NCBI GenBank assembly: GCA_963755125.1
Contig: CAVWIP010000015.1
Span: 32,001 to 96,000 of the forward strand
Direction: 5' to 3'
Origin: an uncultured delta proteobacterium
GTDB lineage: Bacteria; Myxococcota_A; Polyangia; Fen-1088
Length of the DNA stretch: 64,000 nt
In this document: positions 1-10,890 of the stretch, in pieces
How the letters are laid out: the number at the start of each line of letters is the position of its first letter
Numbering within the stretch: position 1 is the first letter of the stretch
Made by a program: the position numbers and the translations under genes
Notes under the pieces: model-generated
The model's database searches: none
What the model saw: the letters and a program-made list of their open reading frames with translations, nothing else
Told to the model about the DNA's origin: nothing

Positions 1-849
1 GTCAGCTCGGGCGCCCGCAAGTACGCCAATCAGGTGCTGCTGCGCTACCTGGCCCAGGGCGCGCTGGCCATGATCCGCAGCACGGGCAGCAAGCTGAACT
101 TCTCCCTGCACCTGGATCACGGCGACACCGTCGAGCTGTGCAAGTCGTGCGTCGACACCGGCTTCTCGTCGGTGATGATCGACTGTTCGCACCACCCGTT
201 CGAGAAGAACATCGAGGAGACGCGCCAGGTGGTGGAATACGCCCACCAGCACGATGTCACCGTCGAGGGCGAGTTGGGCGTACTGGCCGGCATCGAGGAC
301 GACGTGGTGGCGGCCAAGTCCATCTACACCCAGCCCGACGATGTCGAAAAGTTCGTCAAGGCCACCGGGGTGGATTCGCTGGCCATCTCCATCGGCACCT
401 CGCATGGCGCGTACAAGTTCAAGCCCTCGCAGTGCACGCGCAACGCCAAGGGCGTGCTCGAGCCGCCTCCCCTGCGCTTCGACATCCTGGAGGAGGTCGA
501 GAAGCGCATCCCCGGCTTCCCCATCGTGCTGCATGGGGCATCGTCGGTGGTGCTCAAGTACGTCGAGATGATCAACAAGTTCGGCGGCAAGCTGGACGAT
601 GCGGTCGGCATTCCCGAGGAGCAACTGCGTCGCGCGGCCGGTTCCGCCGTGTGCAAGATCAACATCGACTCCGACGGCCGCCTGGCCATGACGGCGCTGA
701 TTCGCAAGGCGCTGTGGGAGAATCCCAAGGAGTTCGATCCGCGCAAGTACCTGGGGCCGGCGCGTGACGAACTGAAGCTGCTCATTGCCGAGAAGAACCG
801 CAACGTGCTCGGTTCCGCCGGACACGGCAAAGAAATCTTCGGCGCGTAG
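1..849 (+). CDS. fba: Class II fructose-bisphosphate aldolase (5' end outside window)
   Basis: Motifs HLDHG, SVMID, VEGELG, GTSHGAYK, VLHGAS, KINIDSD, FDPRKYL; frame open from base 1. Confidence 0.95.
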   Translation, partial: VSSGARKYANQVLLRYLAQGALAMIRSTGSKLNFSLHLDHGDTVELCKSCVDTGFSSVMIDCSHHPFEKNIEETRQVVEYAHQHDVTVEGELGVLAGIEDDVVAAKSIYTQPDDVEKFVKATGVDSLAISIGTSHGAYKFKPSQCTRNAKGVLEPPPLRFDILEEVEKRIPGFPIVLHGASSVVLKYVEMINKFGGKLDDAVGIPEEQLRRAAGSAVCKINIDSDGRLAMTALIRKALWENPKEFDPRKYLGPARDELKLLIAEKNRNVLGSAGHGKEIFGA

Positions 850-856
850 GGGCTCT

Positions 857-933
857 CGTGGTCGTGGCCGGGTGAAATGTCCGGCCACGGCCACGGCCAC
901 GACCACGACCTCGGCCACGTCTACGATCACGAC
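857..933. repeat. Hairpin plus degenerate hexamer tandem repeat (GRCCAC)n; possible terminator
   Basis: CGTGGTCGTGGCCGG (857-871) pairs with CCGGCCACGGCCACG (881-895); GGCCAC/GACCAC-like units continue to ~933. Confidence 0.7.
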
Positions 934-983
934 TGCGGTTGTACGGGCAAGCACAGAGCGTGACGGTGTTACAATGATCGGCC

Positions 984-1991
984 ATGGCGCCCTGGCTGAA
1001 CTGTCCTCGTTGTGGTGCGCCCCGCAGCAAGGCCGGTTGCTGTGCAGCGTGCGGCGCGATTATTGGAGAGAACGGGCAACCTGAGCCTCGGTTGCCGGAC
1101 GTCCTCAGAGCCGAACCTCCATCGCCACCCAACCGCGAGCCGCTCGTGCGCCCGCGCTCCGCGACCCGCGAGCCGGCGTCTGATCAGTGGGTTTCTCCGC
1201 AGCCCGCGCCCGGGACTGTGCAGTGGAATCTGCCGGCTGAAGAGACGGCCATGGAACTGCGCATGCGCGTGCTGGCGCTTCCCTTGGCGATTTCCGTGGC
1301 CTGGGGCGTGGCCCACACCAGCATGCCCCACGCGCTCATGCGCATCTTTCTCAGCATGTGGATTCACGAGAGCGGACACGCGGTCACGGCGTGGCTGTGT
1401 GGTCTGCCCGCCTTTCCTGGTCCGTGGTTCACGCCCGTGGCGCAAGAACGAAGCTGGATCTTTGCCCTGTGCCTGGCTGCAGTTCTCGCCTTTTGTGCCG
1501 TGCGAGGCTGGCGCAGCAAACATCGCACAGCCGCCGTGCTGTGCGGAACTCTGCTCGTGCTTCAGGGATTCGGCACGCTGACGGTCAGCCTGCGCCGCGC
1601 GCACGAATGGATGATCTTCGGTGGCGACGCCGGGTGCATGGTGCTGGGCACCCTGCTCATGGGCACGCTCTACGTGCGCCGCGGCCATGTTCTCGCCCGG
1701 GGCTGGCTGCGCTGGGGTTTTCTGGTCATCGGCGCCGCAGCCTTCTGCGACGCCTACGCCACCTGGTGGGATGCGCGCAAGAACTTCGACACCATTCCGT
1801 TCGGCGAGAACGAGGGCTCGGGCCCAAGCGATCCCAGCCGGCTGGTGGGCGAGTACGGCTGGGGCGTCGGCGCTATGGTCCATCGCTACGTCGTGCTGGG
1901 AGCCTTGTGCTTGGCGGTACTGAGCGTGCTCTACGTCCTCGGGCTACGGCGTCGCGAGGTTGTCGCGCGCGAGCCGGACGCCGGAGAGTAG
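984..1991 (+). CDS. Membrane metallopeptidase-like protein (M50-like) with N-terminal zinc ribbon
   Basis: CPRC...CAAC at N-terminus, HExxH (IHESGH) in a hydrophobic segment, several TM helices, downstream SDP motif. Confidence 0.65.
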   Translation: MAPWLNCPRCGAPRSKAGCCAACGAIIGENGQPEPRLPDVLRAEPPSPPNREPLVRPRSATREPASDQWVSPQPAPGTVQWNLPAEETAMELRMRVLALPLAISVAWGVAHTSMPHALMRIFLSMWIHESGHAVTAWLCGLPAFPGPWFTPVAQERSWIFALCLAAVLAFCAVRGWRSKHRTAAVLCGTLLVLQGFGTLTVSLRRAHEWMIFGGDAGCMVLGTLLMGTLYVRRGHVLARGWLRWGFLVIGAAAFCDAYATWWDARKNFDTIPFGENEGSGPSDPSRLVGEYGWGVGAMVHRYVVLGALCLAVLSVLYVLGLRRREVVAREPDAGE

Positions 1992-2086
1992 CGGTTCTTT
2001 TCGCGAGGAGCAGTCCGCCGGTAGCGGCGATCTGCCGTCGCCTTCGTGGATGTGGAACCGGCGCCACTGCTCGCGGTATACGATCG

Positions 2087-2506
2087 ATGGTGAAGCCAGC
2101 CCAGACCGCAAGGAAGCAACTGCTCGTGGTGGCCGCGCTCATCGAGCAAGAGGGGAGGGTGCTGGTGGCGCAGCGACGGGCCGACCAGACGCAACCGCTG
2201 GCCTGGGAATTCCCGGGCGGCAAGGTCGAGCCAGGTGAGTCACCCAGCCAGGCCCTGGCGCGCGAGATCCAAGAAGAGCTGGCGTGTTCGATCGAAGTGG
2301 GCGCTGTCGTCGACGTGGTGTTCTTCGCCTACGACACATTCGATCTCATCATGCCAGTGTATCGAGCCACAATTCGCGCGGGATCGCCCGTGGCACGGCA
2401 GGTGGCGGCGGTGGTCTGGGTCACGCGCGCCGAGCTTGCCGGCCTGGCCTTCACGTCCGCCGATGTGCCGCTGGCCCGCCGTCTTGCAGGCGAAACCAGA
2501 AGCTAG
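2087..2506 (+). CDS. NUDIX hydrolase, MutT-like
   Basis: Nudix box WEFPGGKVEPGESPSQALAREIQEEL; start re-assigned to ATG 2087. Confidence 0.9.
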   Translation: MVKPAQTARKQLLVVAALIEQEGRVLVAQRRADQTQPLAWEFPGGKVEPGESPSQALAREIQEELACSIEVGAVVDVVFFAYDTFDLIMPVYRATIRAGSPVARQVAAVVWVTRAELAGLAFTSADVPLARRLAGETRS

Positions 2507-4084
2507 CTACGCCCCGCGGCTGTCGCTTCCCGGTGTTGCTGGCGGGGGCGCTTCGCTTTCGGGCGGCGGGGCCACATGCGGGTGGCGCAGAGCCTCGCGC
2601 GCGGCTTCGCGCGCGGCTGTGACCTGGGCCAGCTTGCACGCCCCGCAGAGTGCGGGTGCGGCCCAGTTGCCCAGGTGGGTTTGTAGCTGGCTCTCCGGCG
2701 GCCAGTAGATGGGCGTGCCACACTGGATGCAGGGGATTTCCTGCGTCTTTCGGCCGGCCAGAAACTCGGCGCAGGCCGAGCAACGCCGTTCAGGTGGCTG
2801 CGGTTCGCGTCGGCGGCGGTTCTTCTTGCCCTTGCCCGGCGCGGGCGCGGCAGGTGTCGCGGCGGAAGGCGCCTGGGCAGTCTCTGCCGCGGGCGCGGTC
2901 TCGCTCGCGCTGGCTGCGGCGTCGGGCGCAACTGCCACAGCCGGCTCAGCCGCAGGAACGCCGTCGCTGCCGGCAGGGAGAACCGGGGCCGCAGCGGGTG
3001 CGCCCTCGACCGGCGGTGGCTCCTTGAACTTGGGCCGCACCCCGGCCGCGAGTTGCTGTTCCTTGCTCCAGGTGAAGGTTCCCGGGCAGCCGTCGGTCCG
3101 ACAGGGGATCTCCCGATCCTCGAGATCCCCCAGCTCCTTTTCACAGTCGCCGCAGTAGCGTGGGTAAGGCTCCGCGCTCTTGCCGCGCACCAGGCGGGCC
3201 AGTTGCGCACCCCGCTTGTCGCTCCAGGTGCCCTTGCACCCAGCGCGCCGGCAGGGCCGCTCCACGTCCTTGAGGCTGCTCCACAGATCGAAGCAGCGCT
3301 GGCACATGCGCGACGGCGCCTTGGGTGCCGGCTTGTCGGCCACGCAGGTATCGAGTTGATCGCTGCGCGTCCAAGTCCAGGTTGTCTTGCAGCCCGAGGT
3401 GCGGCAGCGGATCTCGCGATCGCCCAGCTTGCCGAATTCGGCACGGCACTCGGCGCACATGCGCCGGGGCGGCTCGTTGGGCTTGCCGGCGGCGAAGGCC
3501 TGGATCTGGTCGTTCGCCTTCCACGTCCACTTGCGCGAGCACCCGATGATGCCGCAGTTGACCGCCCGGTCCTTCAGCTTGCGCGCGACTTGAGCACAGG
3601 GCTCACACAGCAGGCCCGGAATGGTCACGCCCTCGAGCGACGGCGCCGCCTCGGCAGACGGCTCGCCCTGCGATACCAGCTGTTGTTCGCGGGTGAGGGT
3701 GGCAGTGCGTGTGCAGCCGGGCACGGCGCAGGGGATTTCCTTGTCCTGCAGGCTGTCGAGCAGCTTCTGGCAGTCTTCGCACAAGTGCTTGGGCGCAGGC
3801 CGCTTGGTCGCAAACGCTTCCAGTTGGGCCATCACCGGCCAGGTCCAAGTACCGGTGCAGCCCTTGCGGTCGCAGGGGCGCAACGAATCTTGCAAAGTGC
3901 GGAACTTCTCTCGGCACGGGTCGCACATGCCCTCCGTGGCATCGCCAGCAGCGGGCGCCATGCTTCCCCCCAGGCCGAAGGCCTTGTTCGAGAGTTGGAT
4001 CCATGTCCGGCTGCAACCGGCAACCCGGCAAGGCACCGACTTGGCGCCCAGCCTGTCGGCAAGGGTGAATTTTCCTGCGGCCAT
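2507..4084 (-). CDS. Protein with eight tandem Cys4 zinc-ribbon repeats
   Basis: Repeat DxxxxCxxxGCxxxWxW...Q...PxxxCxxC; start taken at MAAGK (4084), divergent from tig. Confidence 0.75.
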   Translation of the reverse strand: MAAGKFTLADRLGAKSVPCRVAGCSRTWIQLSNKAFGLGGSMAPAAGDATEGMCDPCREKFRTLQDSLRPCDRKGCTGTWTWPVMAQLEAFATKRPAPKHLCEDCQKLLDSLQDKEIPCAVPGCTRTATLTREQQLVSQGEPSAEAAPSLEGVTIPGLLCEPCAQVARKLKDRAVNCGIIGCSRKWTWKANDQIQAFAAGKPNEPPRRMCAECRAEFGKLGDREIRCRTSGCKTTWTWTRSDQLDTCVADKPAPKAPSRMCQRCFDLWSSLKDVERPCRRAGCKGTWSDKRGAQLARLVRGKSAEPYPRYCGDCEKELGDLEDREIPCRTDGCPGTFTWSKEQQLAAGVRPKFKEPPPVEGAPAAAPVLPAGSDGVPAAEPAVAVAPDAAASASETAPAAETAQAPSAATPAAPAPGKGKKNRRRREPQPPERRCSACAEFLAGRKTQEIPCIQCGTPIYWPPESQLQTHLGNWAAPALCGACKLAQVTAAREAAREALRHPHVAPPPESEAPPPATPGSDSRGA

Positions 4085-4217
4085 CGGAAAGGCTCGTATG
4101 GTGGCAAAGATAGCCTGCCCAAAGCAAGCAACAAGTCGATGTCGCTGACTCGCGGCGGCAAGGACCGTTTTTGGGTTGACTGCGCCGTTGCTCTCTCCCC
4201 ATCCTTGGGCGCTCGCA

Positions 4218-5618
4218 ATGCAAATAACGATCGAAGACATTTCCCCGGTTGAGAAACGAGTTGACTTTGAAGTCCCCTGGGAGGACGTGGCGCCCCGGCT
4301 GCACACCGCCTACGAGAAGCTGCGGCGTGAGGCGCACCTCAAGGGGTTCCGTCCCGGCAAGGTTCCGCGGCAGGTCATCGAGCGCCTGTACCGCAACCAG
4401 GTCGAGGGTGAGGTGGCGGGTGATCTGGTCGAGCTGTCCATCCGGCAAGCCGTCGACGAGAAGCAGATTCAACCGGTGGCCCCGCCCTCCATCGAGAAAC
4501 TGGAGCTGAAGCAGAACGAGCCTTTGCGCTTCTCGGCGCGCATCGAGGTGCGCGCGCAGGTGTCGCCCAAGGACTACTCCGGCATCCGCGTGTCGCGCCG
4601 GCCGACCAAGGTCACCGACGAGCAGGTGGCGCAGGCGCTGGAGGGCTATCGCCGGCAACACACGGCATTCCTGCCGGTCGAGGGGCGCGAGCTGACAGCG
4701 GACGACGATCTCTTGCGGGTCGAAGTCCATGGCAAGGTGGGCGAGCACAAGATCAAGACCAAGACCGTCACGGTGGACCTGGCCGACGAGAACGCCGGGG
4801 GCTTGCCCGGTCTGGCGCCACGCCTGCGCGGCGTGCCCGTGAACGCTTCCGGCCTGGAGCTTCGCTACCGGCTGGGTGACGACATCGCCATCAAGAGCCT
4901 GGCGGGCAAGGAGATCAGCCTGCGCGTGACCATCAAGGAGGCGCGCGGCCGCAAGGTGCCGGCGCTCGATGACGAACTGGCCAAGGACACGGGCGAGGCC
5001 GACACGCTGGAGCAGTTGAAGACGAAGGTGCGCGATAAACTGGTCGAGGCGGACAAGCAGCGCATCCGGCGCGAGATGGCCTCGGCCCTGGTCAAGGAGG
5101 TGGTGAGGCGCAACGATTTCCCCATCGCGCCCTCGCTGATTGACCGGCACGCCGAGACCATCGTCATGCGGGTCAAGGCCCAGCTCATGCTGGCGGGCAT
5201 CGATGTGGAGGCGGAGGGCGGCTTCGACCAAGAGGCCATGAAGAAAGAGGTGCGTGCCGAGGCCGAGGAGTCGGCGCGGGCCAGCGTGCTTCTGCGTGCC
5301 ATCGCCGAGCGCGAGGGGGTGCAGGTCGACGCGGGCGATGTGCAGAAACGATTGGTCGAGCTGGCCAATGCGCGCGGCGAGAACGTCAACAAGCTCAAGA
5401 CCGAGCTGGAGCACTCGGGCCGCATCGAGGGCGTTCGCGCGCAACTGCTGGAGGAGAAGGCGCTTGATATGCTCCTGGCCCAGGCTAAGATCGTTGACGA
5501 AGATCCGGACAGCTTGATTGTCACACCGGATCAGGTCGGCGGGCAGCGACTGGTTCTCACCCCGGAGGAAGCGGTCGCCGAGGCCCGGAAAAAGGGCGGC
5601 GAGCCGCCCGGAAAGTAG
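4218..5618 (+). CDS. tig: Trigger factor
   Basis: Ribosome-binding signature GFRPGKVP; upstream of clpP-clpX; start MQITIED. Confidence 0.95.
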   Translation: MQITIEDISPVEKRVDFEVPWEDVAPRLHTAYEKLRREAHLKGFRPGKVPRQVIERLYRNQVEGEVAGDLVELSIRQAVDEKQIQPVAPPSIEKLELKQNEPLRFSARIEVRAQVSPKDYSGIRVSRRPTKVTDEQVAQALEGYRRQHTAFLPVEGRELTADDDLLRVEVHGKVGEHKIKTKTVTVDLADENAGGLPGLAPRLRGVPVNASGLELRYRLGDDIAIKSLAGKEISLRVTIKEARGRKVPALDDELAKDTGEADTLEQLKTKVRDKLVEADKQRIRREMASALVKEVVRRNDFPIAPSLIDRHAETIVMRVKAQLMLAGIDVEAEGGFDQEAMKKEVRAEAEESARASVLLRAIAEREGVQVDAGDVQKRLVELANARGENVNKLKTELEHSGRIEGVRAQLLEEKALDMLLAQAKIVDEDPDSLIVTPDQVGGQRLVLTPEEAVAEARKKGGEPPGK

Positions 5619-5623
5619 TCTCC

Positions 5624-6271
5624 ATGCAGGATCCACGAAATCCGATGTCGGCCATGCCGCCCGTGACCGGCAATTTCATCATCCCGACGGTGATCGAGCA
5701 AACCCACCGCGGCGAGCGCGGCTGGGACATCTTCTCGCGCTTGCTCAAGGATCGCATCATCTTCCTGGGCAGCGCGGTGGACGATCAGATCGCCAACATC
5801 GTGATCGCCCAGCTTCTGTTCCTGGAGAGCGAGGATCCCGACAAGGACGTCATGCTGTACATCAACTCGCCGGGAGGCATGGTGACCGCGGGCATGGCCA
5901 TATACGACACCATGCAGTACGTGCGGCCCGACGTGGCCACCTTCTGCATGGGCCAGGCGGCGTCGATGGGCGCGTTCCTTCTGGCCGGCGGGGCGAAAGG
6001 CAAGCGCTACGCCCTGCCGCACTCACGCATCTTGATCCACCAGCCGCTGGGCGGCTTCTCGGGTCAGGCCACCGACGTGGACATCCACGCGCGCGAGATC
6101 CTGAAAACGCGCGACAACCTGAACGAGTTGCTGGTCAAGCACACCGGCCAGCCCATGGAACGCATCAAGCACGACACCGAGCGCGACTACTTCATGAGCC
6201 CGGCCGAGGCCAAGGAGTACGGGATCGTGGATGAAGTCATCGCCCACAAGAACCACGGCAAAGACAAGTAG
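5624..6271 (+). CDS. clpP: ATP-dependent Clp protease proteolytic subunit
   Basis: [38 protein letters not shown]; start could be a few codons downstream. Confidence 0.97.
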   Translation: MQDPRNPMSAMPPVTGNFIIPTVIEQTHRGERGWDIFSRLLKDRIIFLGSAVDDQIANIVIAQLLFLESEDPDKDVMLYINSPGGMVTAGMAIYDTMQYVRPDVATFCMGQAASMGAFLLAGGAKGKRYALPHSRILIHQPLGGFSGQATDVDIHAREILKTRDNLNELLVKHTGQPMERIKHDTERDYFMSPAEAKEYGIVDEVIAHKNHGKDK

Positions 6272-6315
6272 GCCGGAGGGTGGCGGTGGGGCAGGCGCGG
6301 TGCTAACGTTCTTCT

Positions 6316-7578
<1,263 letters not shown>

Positions 7579-7599
7579 CAGACCCCGACTTCGAAACCC

Positions 7600-8643
7600 A
7601 TGGACGAAGAACTGCCCATCGAGACGAGTGCTGCCGAAGTTCAATGGGCACCGCCCCCGCCGAAGCGAAGCTGGGTCAGGCGCGTGCTGTTGCTCGAGGA
7701 TCGAATCGCAGCATCCTGCCAGCGGCAGTTCGAACCCGGTCAGCCCGGCCACGCCCAGTTCGATATCGCCCTTCGCGCCAGTCGCTGCGGCGAGGCGCTG
7801 TTCGCCCAGCGTACCGCACTGAGCGCCGAGGACGCCACGCCCGCGGCTCTCAGCTTGTTTCGCGAAGCCCTGTGGTGGGCGCTGACGGCCGATGCGCTGC
7901 ACCGGGGGCAGGTTGCACCATCCACGCCGGCAGAGGCATGGGACGCGGCTGTCAGCCAGCGCGAGACGGGTTTGGCGACACTCAGCACGGAAACGCTGAT
8001 GCTGGCCCGTCGCACCTTCGTGGAGCGCAGCTTTCTTGCGAGCGCGAGTCTTGAATTCGAGGAAAACCGAAAGGAACTGATCGCACTTCGTGTTGCCACC
8101 GATCGCGTGATCGCCGGCCTGAATGAAGCTGCCGTTTCGCTTCGTTACCTGCGCGCGGTCAGGATTGTCCGATTGGCCACGACAATCGTCTGCATTGTGG
8201 CTCTGCTGGTTGCGGGGGGGGTGCAAGTCCAGAGCTACCGTCGCGGACCCAACCTGGCGTTGCATCGTCCAATACTGACCAGCAGCATTTTGCCAGGCAC
8301 TGCAGACCCAAGCGAGGCTGTCGACGGCGTGACGTCGGTGCAGGGGTTCCACACGCAGGAGGAATACCAGCCCTGGATACGCATCGATCTCGGCAAGGCC
8401 ACGTCGGTGCGCGAAGTCGTGGCGTACAACTGCGCCGAGTTCCGGTCCCGGGCAATTCCGCTGGTCGTCGAGTTGAGCACGGACGGCGAGCGATGGACGG
8501 AAGTCGGTCGACGGGAAAAGGTGTTCTCCACCTGGTCGGCTGCGTTCAAGCCAGCACTGGCTCGCTACGTGCGGCTGCGAGTCGCCGGAAGAACGTATCT
8601 GCACCTTAACGAGATCGAAGTGTACGGCGGGCGCCGCCAGTAG
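7600..8643 (+). CDS. Single-pass membrane protein with C-terminal discoidin (F5/8 type C, CBM32-like) domain
   Basis: One TM helix, then NLALHRP...AVDG...FHT...PWIRIDLG...ARYVRL...LHLNEIEVYG. Confidence 0.75.
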   Translation: MDEELPIETSAAEVQWAPPPPKRSWVRRVLLLEDRIAASCQRQFEPGQPGHAQFDIALRASRCGEALFAQRTALSAEDATPAALSLFREALWWALTADALHRGQVAPSTPAEAWDAAVSQRETGLATLSTETLMLARRTFVERSFLASASLEFEENRKELIALRVATDRVIAGLNEAAVSLRYLRAVRIVRLATTIVCIVALLVAGGVQVQSYRRGPNLALHRPILTSSILPGTADPSEAVDGVTSVQGFHTQEEYQPWIRIDLGKATSVREVVAYNCAEFRSRAIPLVVELSTDGERWTEVGRREKVFSTWSAAFKPALARYVRLRVAGRTYLHLNEIEVYGGRRQ

Positions 8644-8711
8644 TCCGTCGTGCTCCAATGGGCGGGCATTGGGGGAATCGGTCGAGATTCCCCGTGCGAT
8701 GTCCGACGCGC

Positions 8712-10787
8712 CTACGGTATTCCGAGCTGCCTCTTCCCCTCGCTGTTGCGCGCTTGGGAGTATCCCTTGCGCCAGAGTTGGAAGTTCCCACGCGAGTCAA
8801 CCAGCCCGTAGTTGCTGGTGGCAAGGGCCGCAACCATGGCGTCGCGGCTCTCACCACCCCGCGCTTCGGCGATCGACAGCAGCAGGTAGTCGGCGTCCTG
8901 ATAGCCCATGCGCATGGTGAAGCAGTCCTCTCGACTGGACACATGGGCGGCTTCGGTTTCCGTTGCAGTGACCGACACCTTGGGGGGGATCATCGCCACC
9001 AGCGCATAGAAGTCGTTGTGATTTTTTATGTCCTCCACGCTCTTATCGAAAACGACATGCCGGAATCCCCCTTGGAATGTGTTGTGTTGGAAGATCGCAC
9101 CATGGTTGTAGCTCATGGCGGTCGAGGTAACGACCATGGCGGCAAGTGCAGCCGCGATGCGCGGCTTCCCGTCCGGCCTGTGCTTCCAGCTCGCCAGGAC
9201 GATGGCGCCCGCCACGAAGAGATAGGCAGTCCAGTAGGAGGTATATTGAAAAGAAGTTTGAACGACGGGCTGGTATCCAGTGGACAGAAGGGTGAACAGA
9301 GCAGCCGGCACGAGCAGCAACCAGGTGCGTGCGTGTCGGAACGGCAAGAGCAACACCGGGGCCAATATCTTCATCACATAGACGAACTTGTCTGGTACGA
9401 GGATGGTGTTTAGGGCAAAGACCGGATTGGAAAACACCGAACGCAGCGCCGACCCGAAACCCTGCTCGCCGCTGGGAATGAGACCGGCGAAGATCCATGC
9501 GAACGCCTCACTGCCTTCACTGTGCGCGGGCATGACGATGAACTTCATGACCACGAAGAACACGGCCGAGAGCACAGCCCCGCCGAGAGCCCAGCGGGGA
9601 CGATCGCCGGACACCAGATAGAAAAGGCCCGCCATGGCCAGCCCGGCGCTCTGGTCTTCGCGCAGGAGCGCGGCGGCGAACCACGCCGCGATCAGCAGCC
9701 CGCGGCGCCCGCTCTCGAAGAAATACAACACCCAGCCGACAAAGAACGGGGCCAAGGTGAGAAAGTGGAAATCGTAGAAGATCGGGCCGTGCAATGGTCC
9801 ATAGACGATGTACGCGTAGGCGAAAGCCAAGCCTGCGACCGCGCTATCCAGACGCCGCCTCGCGATGAGGAAGATGGGAATCGCGCCTGCGCCGCAAAGA
9901 ACCGCCTGCATGATCAACAGCGTGGAGGCCTTCTGTCTCAACGCATAGAACGGGGCAAGCAGATAGGCGACGAACTCGGCGTGATACGCCATGTGCGTGC
10001 CCGTGCGCCCGAGCGAAGGTGAGATCTTGAACCACTTGCCGCGCAGGAGATTCCAGAACTCATTGTCGTAGACCGCAAGGTCCAGGCTTTGGGTCTGCAA
10101 ACGGTAGTGATGCAGAAGCGTGTAGTGACTGAAGTACACGGCAAAGAAGACGGCCATTGTGCCGATGAGCACGCCTGGTACCCAGCGCACCAGTCTTGGG
10201 TTGTGTCGGCAAGTTTCGCTCCACAGTTGGACGGCTGCCGGACATCGCAGGGCAGAAAAAGAGACACGCAAGCAGTGCTCGAGTGCGATGCCGAACACGG
10301 CGCCGGTGAGCGCGCACGAGAGCTCGTGACCCTGAAACACGTGCCAGTCGAACAAGAACGGGAGTACGAAGACGAGCATCAGCGGCGAGATGACTCGACC
10401 TGCGCGTGCCACCAGATCGACGGCCTGCTGTGACCGCTTCTGCAACAGGTAGGCGCAGGGCAAGAGGCAGGCGAAAATTCCCGCGATGACGATGTAAGAC
10501 AGGATGGCACGGCGGTCGGCTGCGGATATCGTGTTGTTGTTGGAGACGAGCTCGGGAAGGTGCTCGTAGGAAACGAACGCGAGCGCCGCACCGATCGAGG
10601 CCCCCGATAGGAAGAAGAGAAAGAAGGACCGAACGAGCTGACTCAGAGCGCTGAGCGGTGCGGTCGGATCGACTCCGACGCCATGCTGTCGCACCTCGGG
10701 CGTCGGCTTCGCTTCGAACGGTCGCTGAGCGACGGGGAAGGGATTCAGGAAACCTTCGCGACTGGGCATGATTCGCTTCTCCCCCAT
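8712..10787 (-). CDS. DUF2079-type polytopic membrane protein (putative GT-C glycosyltransferase)
   Basis: DLAVYDNEFWN, YDFH, LLRED and FQY motifs with many TM helices; start may be 10769. Confidence 0.75.
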   Translation of the reverse strand: MGEKRIMPSREGFLNPFPVAQRPFEAKPTPEVRQHGVGVDPTAPLSALSQLVRSFFLFFLSGASIGAALAFVSYEHLPELVSNNNTISAADRRAILSYIVIAGIFACLLPCAYLLQKRSQQAVDLVARAGRVISPLMLVFVLPFLFDWHVFQGHELSCALTGAVFGIALEHCLRVSFSALRCPAAVQLWSETCRHNPRLVRWVPGVLIGTMAVFFAVYFSHYTLLHHYRLQTQSLDLAVYDNEFWNLLRGKWFKISPSLGRTGTHMAYHAEFVAYLLAPFYALRQKASTLLIMQAVLCGAGAIPIFLIARRRLDSAVAGLAFAYAYIVYGPLHGPIFYDFHFLTLAPFFVGWVLYFFESGRRGLLIAAWFAAALLREDQSAGLAMAGLFYLVSGDRPRWALGGAVLSAVFFVVMKFIVMPAHSEGSEAFAWIFAGLIPSGEQGFGSALRSVFSNPVFALNTILVPDKFVYVMKILAPVLLLPFRHARTWLLLVPAALFTLLSTGYQPVVQTSFQYTSYWTAYLFVAGAIVLASWKHRPDGKPRIAAALAAMVVTSTAMSYNHGAIFQHNTFQGGFRHVVFDKSVEDIKNHNDFYALVAMIPPKVSVTATETEAAHVSSREDCFTMRMGYQDADYLLLSIAEARGGESRDAMVAALATSNYGLVDSRGNFQLWRKGYSQARNSEGKRQLGIP

Positions 10788-10890
10788 CCTTCTTCAAGTG
10801 GACAGGTGGCGCAAACATTTTTCTGGATCCTTCAGGTATCGCTCGGTTCTTCACTACCCGGGAATGAGGTAGTCTTGCAGGGGAGGCCGT

